Positions 23,501 through 37,344 of a stretch of 64,000 nucleotides of DNA are shown here, one piece after another (positions within the stretch are counted from its first letter, which is position 1; each line of letters starts with the position of its first letter). Made by a program: the position numbers and the translations under genes. The notes under the pieces are model-generated. The model was not told the DNA's origin. It ran no database searches and worked only from the letters and a program-made list of their open reading frames with translations. This stretch comes from Geosiphon pyriformis uo1 (Eukaryota; Fungi; Glomeromycota). The DNA is taken from the NCBI GenBank assembly GCA_016748015.1, contig JAAOMT010000239.1:468356-532355 (forward strand). Direction: 5' to 3'.

Positions 23501-25035
23501 TTGCCAAATTCATTCATTAGGATTTGATTTGTTGACATGGATGTTCAAAAGAATTATTATCAGACCAAGGAACTCATTTTGTGAACAGAACATTAACAGA
23601 ATTGAGCCAAAGATTCAGAATCAAGAGACTATTATTATTACCATACCATCCACAAACCAATGGATTAGTAGAAAGATTCAACAAAACATTGTGTGAAGCA
23701 ATAGCCAAGCTCAGCCAAGAAAACCAGAATGATTGGGATTTGTTCATACCATTAGTACTATTTGCTTATTGGACAACAAAGCAAGATACTACACAAGCAA
23801 CACCATTTGAATTAGTATATAAGAAAATAGCAACGTTACCAGTAGAGAGAGAAATTAATACATATCCAGCTGAACCAATAACAGAGGAAAATTTTCAAGA
23901 AACATTGCTGAAAAGAACATATGACTTAATAGAAACATTGGAAAACAAATAAAAAAGAGCAGCTGATAATATTCAAAAGTCACAAGAAACACAGAAAGAA
24001 AGACATGATAATCAACTACCAGACAAACCAGCTAAATTCAAGATCGGAGACAAAGTATTACTACATCATACCAAAGTGGAAAAACAATGGAGTGGAAAAT
24101 TTGACCCCAAATGGGACGGACCATTTCACATAGAAGAAATTCTAGGAAATGGAGCTTACAAATTAAGATTGAATAACAAAATTTTAACCAAAGCAGCACA
24201 TGGAGATTGACTGAAACTATATCACAACATCACACTACCATCTACCAGTAATATTCTACAATTAAAAGTACAGAGAATACTAGTTCAACCAGATAAAATT
24301 CCACGAGATCAGGAACCAATCATTATTATCAACAACAACACGTTAAATTGATCCATCAAAAGAATATATAAAGATATGGTAAATGTAACAGGAAATATCA
24401 GAAAAATGAAAATTACAGACAACATTCACTCACTAGCACAACAACTCTTTCAATTAATCCAACACCAGGAAATGGAGATTACAATCAATCAACAAACCAT
24501 TTAATATCAAGATACTAGAAAAACATTTCAACTCAGAACACAGAAGAAAACTGAAAATACTGTGGACAAAATCATGGCAAAAGTAAAATTAGCAATAAAA
24601 GAATTGACAAAGAAGTCACTATATCAAGAGTTGACTAAAGAAACTTGGAATTAGTGGATACAACAATTTCCACAAAATTATTGTTATTTTTACTTGAGAC
24701 AACACATAAATATCCAGAATCTATATATAGATAAAACAAAGCAATTATTCAACAAAAGAATACTACAACAATTAGAACATTTTGTGGGAAAGAACAACTT
24801 ATCTACATAAGCCTAAGCCATATATTGAATACACACAGCATTTCAAAATAAACCAGAAATATTGCTCAATAAAGCAATGAATAGGGTTACCAGTAATCAA
24901 TTGGGAAAAATCATCAATGCTCAATTTGAAGAATTACAGACCCAAATAACACAAGTAATTCTTGAAAACGAAATCCAAGAAATACTTCAAGAGGGGGAAT
25001 TACATGAGTTAGATTTTGATGGAGCTCAATATTAA
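17583..25035 (+). pseudogene. Remainder of gag-pol of copy A
   Basis: Capsid AYAPIAKLD..; CCHC knuckle CHYCxNQxHIQIDC at ~18410-18451; protease LILDSGS at ~19105; dUTPase ~20660-21075; RT ~21600-22500; RNase H; integrase ~23170-24220; in-frame tail to TAA at 25033-25035. Confidence 0.93.
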
Positions 25036-25048
25036 AAGGAGGGAATAA
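25034..25048 (+). other. Polypurine tract of copy A
   Basis: AAAAGGAGGGAATAA immediately before the TG of the 3' LTR. Confidence 0.85.
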
Positions 25049-25934
25049 TGTTACTCATAGAAATATAAGAAATATATTAGCATAATTATTAGCCAATCAG
25101 AAATAAGCGTAGTAAATGTGGAATTCCAGGATTTCTCTTAGGAATTGCAGGATTCCAGGAATTTCAGGATTTCCAATGAAGAATTGCAGGATTCCAGAAT
25201 TCCAGAATTTCTCTCAAAGGAATCGCAGAATTCCAGGAATTCCAGGATTCCTATCGTGAAGAATCAAGGAATTGAGAAATTCCAATTATGTATATATAGC
25301 AGTAGTGTTAGAAACAGAAAAGACAGAATCGATACCACAGAATCCTTAGCCTAGAAATGCAATCATCAAATAAATAATTATTTTATATCTCCATTCACTT
25401 TTCCACTATCAACCCTTCATGTTGATAGTAATTGATACTTGACCATGCTGGAACAATAGCTCTTGATCACGGCTATTGACGGAATACTAATCTGCAAATT
25501 GCCTTGGCTTATTTCTTTGCTTTTTTTATTTTTTTTTATTTTTTTTTTTCTTTATTTTATTTTGATTTGTTGTTATATACTAATTAATAAACAATTAAGC
25601 GCTGAGTTATTGACGTCAAGGATAGTCTGGTAAAAGACCCAGAAATACAGGTAGGATTTTTATATATTATTGGATAGCTTACCAGAAGGGCACAACTGCC
25701 AGACTAAATCCGGCCACCACACTGAGAAAGAAATTGGAAAAACTCTTGAAAAATATCTCTACTATTGACACTATTGAATCTCTGTCCATTATACAAAAAA
25801 CTCAACCAAAACTTTCAGATCCATCAAAACCTTCAGATACAGCACCTGTAGAACAGCCTCAACAGAAGTAGCTTTTGAGCACCAAGTTACGGGTTTGTTA
25901 TTTAATTCAACAGCAGAAATAATTACCTGTAACA
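25049..25934 (+). repeat. 3' LTR of copy A (886 bp)
   Basis: TGTTAC...GTAACA; direct repeat of 5483-6368. Confidence 0.95.
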
Positions 25935-25993
25935 ACAATAAATCAAAACCATTCTTTGATTACAAGGCCACTGTTGGCTCTGTTATTGCTGTT

Positions 25994-27806
25994 ATGAAGA
26001 AGACTATTAAAGTTTCTGGTTTTGAGGGTGGTTTCAAGGCAGTTGTATCAAGGAAGAAAAGGAAGGGAGGTGTATTGGCAGAGGGTATTGATAATAGAGA
26101 GGTTGCTGCTAAAGCTCCTAGTGCTCGTTCATGAGGTTCTGTAACAGGTGACACTACTGAGTCTGAGAGTATTGACATGGAGGAGGAGTGTTTGGTTGAA
26201 GAAACCAGTGTTGACTATAGTGAAAATGGTGCTTTTGCAGAAGGGAATCCTAATCAAATGCCAAAGGGTTTGTGTGTAAAGACCAAAAAGATGTTAGGGA
26301 AGCCTCTGAGTGTGATTGATTATGGTACTGTCAATACAGATAGTAACGTGTTAGACAATTTCTTTCTTCTCCTGCCCCTTCTACATATCAAACTGTCCGT
26401 TCAAGTGCCTGTTTGCAAATTCTTTGCTTTAGATATTAATCTTGTGGCCATCACTGGGAAGTTTTTTCAGGAAAAATTGAGTTTTATCAGGAAAATTTTC
26501 TCAAATGTAAATGGTTTTGGGGGGGCTTCTACTCCTTCAAAATTTGGTGGAATTATTCATGTGACTTTCACTTCAGAAAAGGCAATGATAGCTGTTAGAA
26601 AGTTGGCAAATAATCATAGTGTTGTGGTAAACACCGATCTCAGACGTCCTGTAAACAACCATACGAATTGGGCAATTGTGATGAAAAAAATTCCTGTGGG
26701 AACTTCCGTGGAGGCTGTGCACACTGCCATGTCCGAGTTTGGATTGATTAAGTTGATCAAGATGCAACTAATGGGTCTGTGGCAAAAAGTAATTGTCAAA
26801 TTAGAAGATCAGAATCAGGCTGATCTCTTGGCATCCAAATGGTTTATCTTTATTGGAAAGGATGTAGTACGTGTGGCCAGGGCCAATGTTGACAAACAGA
26901 CATGGGATTCCAGAGATGAATTCAGAGTGCTGCTATACACTCTTTCTGTAGGGACAAATGCTCATAACCTTTGGGATTTTGTTGGTTTGGTTGGTGGGAA
27001 AACATATGTTATCAATCATAATCCAGTTAGTTACACCTATGCTTGCTGTGCCACTGTTTGCTTTGGATCTGAATCTGATCTGGTTAGTGCGATGGCTGCA
27101 ACCCCAGTTATAAAAAGGATTGGCCTTCACTGGTCTTGCCTCTTTTTGGCACTGTGCTCAGTCTGCAAGCTTTCTGGTCATATATCTCTCAGTTGTGTTT
27201 TAGTTAAGATTGGTTCAATCCTAAGGGGCAAAAAGGCACCTCTTTCTGCTTAGGATCAGGTCAGATTGGCGACTATCTACACTCAAAAGTTTGTGCCCAT
27301 TTCTTATCCATTGGCCTTTAATGATAAGATTTGGGCATCAGTTGTTGGTGCTCTTCTGGTGCACAGTTCTCATGGTGCTGGTTCACTTTTTGGTTCTAAC
27401 AATGTTGGTAAACCTCTCCCTTCTGTTACAGATAATTTGAAAAAGCATTTGGTAAATATTGAGAGCGGTTTCATCAGCCTTACAAAACAAATTGGTGAGT
27501 TGGCTAAAAGGTTGGATTCACTTGTGCTGACAGTTTTCCAGCCTAGTCTTGGATGTCAGCTGCTGGTAACCCCCCCCATCACAGAATCAAGGAGAGGATA
27601 TAGTGATGGAAGTGAGCTTGAATAAGACCATCAGTAATGAGACTGCTACTGCTACTGCTATAGTGGAGGACTCGTCTGCATCTCCCCATGTTGCCAAGTT
27701 AGAGAATATGTTGGAAGGCCTTGCTGCTTCAGTGCTGAGTTTGTCTGCTCATTTTGATGAGTTGGTTCTGGCTGGTGGTGTGATTTCACAACCTCCTTCC
27801 CAATGA
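25994..27806 (+). pseudogene. LINE copy 1 ORF1 (RRM-like domains plus CCHC knuckle), with stops and one +1 frameshift
   Basis: MKKTIKVSG..; RRM-like IPVGTSVEAVHTAMSEFGLI; CSVCKLSGHISLSC; extra C in the C-run at ~27571. Confidence 0.85.
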
Positions 27807-30800
27807 GTAGTCTTATTTGGAAAATTGCTACTTGTAACATTAGGGGTATGAATGTTCCTGCTAAACAGGATAATATTGTTTGATGGCATAGAGATATGGA
27901 CAATTTGGTTTTGATTTTCATAGAGACTAAGTTGAAGAATAAGGTTTGTCCATGGATGGCTACCAAATTTGGTGGTGTTTGAGTTTTTTCTTCTGGTTTG
28001 AACTCTGGTTATGTGGACACTGGTGTGGCAATTGTCATGAACAACTCTTTGGCTAAACATGTTTATAAAGTTTCTGAAGTTCCAGGTTGTCTTCTTTGCA
28101 TCAGATTACTTTTCAAAAATAAACTTTTGGTTTCGATTTTGGGGCTCTATGCTGGTGTCTTTCTGACTGTTCAATTTTCTCAGGCTGTTGAGATAAATTC
28201 TCTGATTGCAAAGGCTGTGAATGAATTTTCTTTTGTTATCCTTGGTGGTGATTTTAATGAGGATGGATCTCATAGATGTGCTAGTTTCAAGAAATGTTTT
28301 GATCTGAGTTTAGTGAATTCTCTGGGTGGAAGTTCTTTTGTGAAAACACTCACATAGTGTAACTCTCATAATGTTGAAAAAACAATTGATTTTGTTTTCG
28401 TATCTTCAAATTTGGTTAACGTGGTAGTGGATTACAGTGTGACTGATGTCTTGGAGCACTTTAATACTGATCACAAAGCTGTTATTGTTTCTGTGGGGCT
28501 GGGGGGTTTTTTGGATATACAACTTTCTTCACTCCACAAACAGGCAAACAAGGACCATTGGAAGTTTGATGTCAAAGATGCCGATAATTTGAAATAGTGT
28601 GAGTTTAAGGCTGCCTCGGCTACCAATGCTACTATGCTTTTGGATGCTTTTGTTGTGGCTCAAAAGTTTTTGGATTTGGATGGATTGTGGGACATTATTC
28701 GCAAAACTATGATTTTCTCAGCCGATGTGTCTTTCAAAAAAAAATGGTTTAAGGGTTATGATAGTGTTTTTACTAAAGTGTCTTCTCGGTTCTACAAGTT
28801 AAAATTGTTGGTATTCAAGCTAGTAAAAGCTTCTCATTTAGCTTCCTGTGAGAATTTTGAGTTGCTGTTGGAAACATGAGATAAACTTGATTCTGTGGGT
28901 ACATCGAAGGTGAAGTCCTTGTTTCTCTCAGGTTCTAGTTTTGATGTTGTTCATTCTGCTTTGGCCAAGATGAGAAAATCTTACCACTCATTCAAGTTGC
29001 TGGAATCCCAGTGGGCTGAGGAATCATGTATCAAGCAAGCTATTGACAGTAGAATGGAAAGTTTTGAGTTGGATAAGAGTTGTACTATTGGAAGTGTATT
29101 AAAGCATCCTTTTCGCAAAGTGGTGTTAGATCATTTGATTGTGGATGATGAGCTGATCTTGGAGCCTGAGTTGGTTAAATCTAAGGTGAATGAGATAATA
29201 GAAGGATGGACTCGGAAGTGTGGAGTGGTGTCTGACTTTTCGGATAATTGGAATCATCAATATAAGCCCTTGGATTATGTTTTTGATGGCACTTTTTCTG
29301 ATGTTATGTGTGTGATTGGTTTTGATGAAATGTTGGCTGTTGTCTCAAATCTGCCTAATGGAAAAGCAGCTGGTCTCTCTGGTATCTCTAACAAATTGTG
29401 GAAGCACTGTGACAAGTCAGTTTTGAATATGCTTTTGGTGCTCTTGAATTGTTGCTTGGTTTGTGAGTCTGTTTTTGGTCCTTGGAGGGAGGCCTGGGTC
29501 TTGATGATTCCTAAACCGTATAAGTGGAAAAGTGTTCTTACAAACACCCATCCCATTGCATTGATAGAAACAGTCCGCAAAATTCTTTTCAAGATTCTCT
29601 CAGACAGGATTTCTTTAGCTTGCAGCAAGTTTAATGTTCTTTGTGGTGATAACTTCTCTGTTTTGAAAGGTACGATGATGCAGTCTCCCATTTTTGCCAT
29701 TGGTTCTGTGGTTGAGAATGCTTTGAAAAAGAACCAGAAGCTGTGGCTGGTTTTATAGAATATGTGTAAGGCCTATAATTCTGTTGGTTGGGTACATCTC
29801 AGAAGGAGTTTAGTTAGAATCAAAATGTGTGACAGATTCATTAGATTTTTTGGTGGAATTTACAATAGTTGTATCAACAGGGTGATGACTGACTTTGGTT
29901 TGACTAATAGATATCATGTTCATGATGATTTGGATCAGGAAGAGGTTTTCTCACCTCTTCTATGGCGCATTTTCTATGATCTACTTTTGTGCAAGATCAA
30001 GCAACAAAAAAGTGTTTATGGATACAGGTTAAATTCTCATTTTATTTCTAAAACTGGCTGGGCTGAATCTCATGCTAGGTTGACTTTGTTTTTTGCAGCA
30101 GGTGCTTTTGTTGATGATATCATATGGGTTGGTAGTAGCCAGGCTGCTACATAGCACATACTCGATATAGCTAGTGAGTTCTTTGAATTTAATAACATTT
30201 TTATTAACAATAATAAAACTGTAGCCATTCCCATTAACTGTTGGGTTGAGTCTCCATATCTAACTGTCAGTGGTTTGCCAATTTCTATTGCCAAGAAGGG
30301 GGAATTTCACTGTTATCTGGGCATTTTTTTGTCGTCTGAGAGTTTGTCGAAGCTTAGTTTGGCTAAGATTCATTTGGACATTCAGTTTTTTGTTAATCTT
30401 GTCATGAGAAAAGCAATTTCAGATAAGTAGTTTGTGTATTTAGTGTCTGCAGTTCTTTTTTCAATTGTTGGCTACAGAATTCAGTTCAGCTATATTCTTC
30501 TTAGTGTGTGTAATAAGTGGAATGCTCTAATTTAAAAGGATCTGAAATCTAAATCTGGCCTTCCACACAACTTTCCGAGTGATGCAATCCATCATCTTTC
30601 TTTGTATGGTTTAAAATCTTTTGAGCAGATCCAGGCTGAAAGCAAATCTACTTCTGTGGTTTCCTTTGCTAATTCAGTTAGAATCTTAGGTCGGTTGTTT
30701 TCTCATAGGTCTCATGATCTTTAGGTTTTCAGTTGGTGTTCTCATCATTCTTTGGTGTTCCCGACTCATATTGGCATCACCCCTTCAAATAGTTTTTTGG

Positions 30801-32491
30801 CAGGTGTGGTCCGTATTTTTTCTGGGTGTGATTTGTCTTTGGGCAATTCTCCGTCCTATGCCTTTTGTCATCGGGAAGGCACCCCTATGTCTCTCATTCT
30901 CGGCAAGCCAAATTTTCTCAAATGTGTCTCCTCGCTCAAGTGTTATGGTATCACGTTTGTGAAACAGCTATGTGATCAAAATGATGTTGTTTTTGGTTGG
31001 AAAGCTTTCAAGCATTGAAAAAGACTGGATTCCCATGGATCTGTTCTTTTATGGTTTGATCTTTCTGTTTATTTTCTCAGTAGTGCTGTGTCTTCTTCTG
31101 TTGACTCTTCACTTGGGAAAAGTTGTGCCTTATTTGATGTTTATCAATCTCACGGTTTTGGTATTGTTTGTGACAATCTGTTGGATGTTGACACGGCTTG
31201 CCTTTCTGTATATATGGACAGGTTTCTGAGTGGTTTGAGAACTCGTGATATGAAGGTTAGTGCTGCTGTTTTTTTTGAGGATGTTAATTCAGGTTTGGGT
31301 GTGAGCATGTCTGGTCTGGTTTCTTCTATGATGGTGGAGTTGCAGGCCATCTCCTTGGCTCTTGAGTGTGTTTCCTCTTTTTGTTCAGTTAACTTGTTCT
31401 TGAACAGCCAGGCTGCTTTGGATGCTTGTAAGTCTGAGTCTCTGCTGGTTTGTCCGGATTTCAGAAATCAGTGTTGAATTGAATGTTGTCACATTGCTAA
31501 CATTATTCATCAAAAAAATTTGGATGTGAATTGGATCAAAGTTAAAGGCTATTTGGGTATCTTAGGCAATGTGCAGACTAATGCACTTGCTAAGAATGCT
31601 GCCTTTTCTTCTTTGCAGCTGCCCCATATAGTCAGTGAATGTTTTCTGAAGGCTGGTGGTACTGCAATATCTGGTAATTTAAGACATTTTGTCCATGGTG
31701 TTTTCCAGTCTGTTCATCGAGCATGTTGGGAGGTTGGCTCTGGTTCTGGAGTTGTGGTAGATAGTTTGCGGAGTGAGATTGATTGATTCAAGTCTTCTTT
31801 GGTGTGGCACCTGAATTCTCACATGGTTGCTGGTTTTACTAGTGTGTAGATGGCCAGCTTTAAGACATATTTTATGAAGGCCCTACACTGTCATTTTTCT
31901 GTTGCTGTGCATAAACACCTGTATGATAAGTGTTATCCTAGTGTGGTTTGTTTGTTCTGTGGTGATATTGAGATTTTGGACCATGTCTTTTCCTGTTTTT
32001 TTGATGCTGCTGGTCATGCTCAATTGATGGACATTCATGCAGATGCCTGGGCAGTGTGTTCTGGTTTGTTTCATTCTTCTTTGTGTGTTTCTCGGTTGTT
32101 GTTAACTTGCATCTCTGATGTGGTAATTGGTGTGGCTCTGTGTAAGGGCTTTGTTTTCAATGATTTGTATCGTGAGTTTGTTTCTGTTTACAAAGATCCT
32201 AAGATAGTGGTTTTTAATATTGTGGATTTTGTTTGCAAGTTTTGTTTTGCATTCCATGATGATATCTGGCTGGTCTGTACAAGACACTGAGCCATTATGA
32301 AGAAGAATAAGCTGATTCCACATAATGGTTCTGTTTCTGTCTCCGTTTTCGGTTTTGTTTTCTGGCTTTTGGCTGGTATGATTAGGTTGTTAGGTATTGC
32401 TGATGCACTCAGTATTAGTTTTGGGTTTCGCAAGTCTTGTTTATTTTTTGCAGGTATAAATGACATGGTTTCTGTTGGTATAAGTGCATAG
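27803..32491 (+). pseudogene. LINE copy 1 ORF2 (APE endonuclease, RT, RNase H, CCHC), multiple stops
   Basis: IATCNIRG, ILGGDFNE and TDHKAV (APE); PIALIET, FSPLLW and AFVDD (RT); ELQAI..WIKVKG..GN..ANALA-like (RNase H); CLFCGDIEILDHVFSC. Confidence 0.92.
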
Positions 32492-34133
32492 TGTTGTTTT
32501 GACTGATTTGAGTGGCTGGTCACATGTAGGAAAAGCATGATTTGCACCTAATTTAAATCATTTAAATAATATATAGTTCTAGATAGCGTTTGGACTTTAC
32601 TCATTAAAAAAAAAATAATAATAATAATAATACTTAAAAACCATAATATTATTAAGTAATATTAGTTTAAATAGTAAAATTAAAATAAAGGTATAATATA
32701 GTTTTAATTAGTTTAAGTAATTAATTATATATAATAAATACAAAAGTTATGTTTAATTATAGATATTTAGTTTGTTTATATATATTAAATAATAATTAAA
32801 TCATATTTATTAAATATTTAAAAAAAATTAAAATTTTGTTAAAATAATAGTTCTTTAAAAACTTTAATTTTTAATATTAAGTTTAATAAAAATAAAATTA
32901 CTGTATAATTAACTAGTTTAATTTTTGGTAATAATAATTTGGCTGTTATAATACAAAAAATAACTGTATTAAATAAGTTTACTTTGGTAAATTTATTATA
33001 ATTTGGTTTTAATTAGTTTAAATAACTGGTTATATATAAAAAGTATATAAATTATAACTATTATAAAATATTATGCTTTTATATTATATTAAAATATAAT
33101 AAAAAAAATTATATTTTTAATAATATTGAAAACTGAAAACAAATTTGATTTTACAAAAGTAAATTTAATAAAATAACATTATAATATAAAATTGTTTTAC
33201 AATTTCAGTAATATTAAATAACAAAATGACTTTAAACCAATTAATAAGATATACAAAACTATTTATCAACAAAATAATGGTTTTAAACATATTGAAAACT
33301 TATAATATTGAATTCTTTGGGAAAAAAAGTTCATTAATCTAGTTTCAGAAGTGAAATAGTTAAGCTAGATATATTGCTTTACTGCTTTTTATATATACTA
33401 TAAATAAAAGCTTTCAAGAAAATATTCTTTTCGGTTTTAAAGAAAAGATATCAATGAAATTCAACAAATCCTATTTTATCACATTCTTTTAATTTTATTC
33501 ATACCATGGAAAACGTTGAAATTAAAAGAACTCGTCCATATGCACATGATTGCAACAGTTCACTCTGTCAAGAGAATATTTAAGAAATATATAAACTGGC
33601 ATAGAGGATGCTTTTGAAAAACTTTACCGCGACTTTTCAAGCGGCAATAAAGTAATTAAGAATCCAATGTATTCATATAAATTTAATCAAGTATATCATT
33701 ATGAATGGATTCCATGGTAAAATTTATAAAGCAACCTATATTTATGGATCACATAAGTATTATTAATTATCGGCATTAAAATATTATCCGAAATTGATGA
33801 AAGCTTTTTTTTAGTTAGTTTTATTTTATGCTTGATTTTAACAAACTATTTCATGTTAAGTGTATAAACAAAGTAAATTACCATTTCTTGAAACAAATCA
33901 AACTTAATGTTTTAATATTTTCCAATGCGAGATAAGAATTAAGCAATGAACATCTACAAATCTATAAGAATTATGAATGATAATTTACATTTTCATCAAA
34001 GTCTTAGTCACAAGTACTCCTGAATAAAAAATTAACAACAATGAAAGCTCTCTTAAATAAAAACAAACTTCCATTTAGAAAATCAAACCAAAAAGTTTTA
34101 AATATGTCACCAGGGGTTTCTTCGAATCTTCAC

Positions 34134-37157
<3,024 letters not shown>

Positions 37158-37344
37158 TTATAGATTCTGAAGATTTTAAAATTAATAAGAATAGAAGTTG
37201 TCTTCGCAGGATCTTGAAAAAATCAAAGATTTTTTGATTATTTAACCTTTAATATATTAGGTGTCACGTTTCGATTGGTCGCTGTATTGAACATTATAAC
37301 TTTTTTCTCCAAGCACCAGGTCACTATATAAATTGTGTTCTCAA

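Larger units (their letters stand above)
5483..25934 (+). mobile_element. Ty3/gypsy (Metaviridae) LTR retrotransposon, copy A, interrupted by copy B
   Basis: Two 886-bp LTRs (TG..CA with TGTTAC/GTAACA ends), a PBS, a PPT and gag-PR-dUTPase-RT-RH-IN order. The 4-bp TSD ACGA has decayed to ATGA (5479-5482) and ACAA (25935-25938). Confidence 0.95.
5394..32621 (+). mobile_element. LINE copy 1 (ORF1 plus APE-RT-RNase H-CCHC ORF2), 5' UTR split by the 20.4 kb gypsy composite
   Basis: Joining 5398-5482 to 25935+ reconstitutes the uninterrupted 5' UTR of LINE copy 2 (46745-46890). Poly(A)/(TAA)n tail starts at 32606. An 18-nt direct repeat TAATAATAATACTTAAAA at 5376-5393 and 32622-32639 is a candidate TSD. 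Confidence 0.9.

Noticed and set aside
24205-25035. env gene or chromodomain at the 3' end of the gypsy element
   Set aside because: No signal peptide, transmembrane segment or chromodomain aromatic-cage motif; kept as an unknown domain instead.
32492-32606. Hammerhead ribozyme in the LINE 3' UTR three-way junction
   Set aside because: The CUGANGA and GAAA core residues are not in the required positions.
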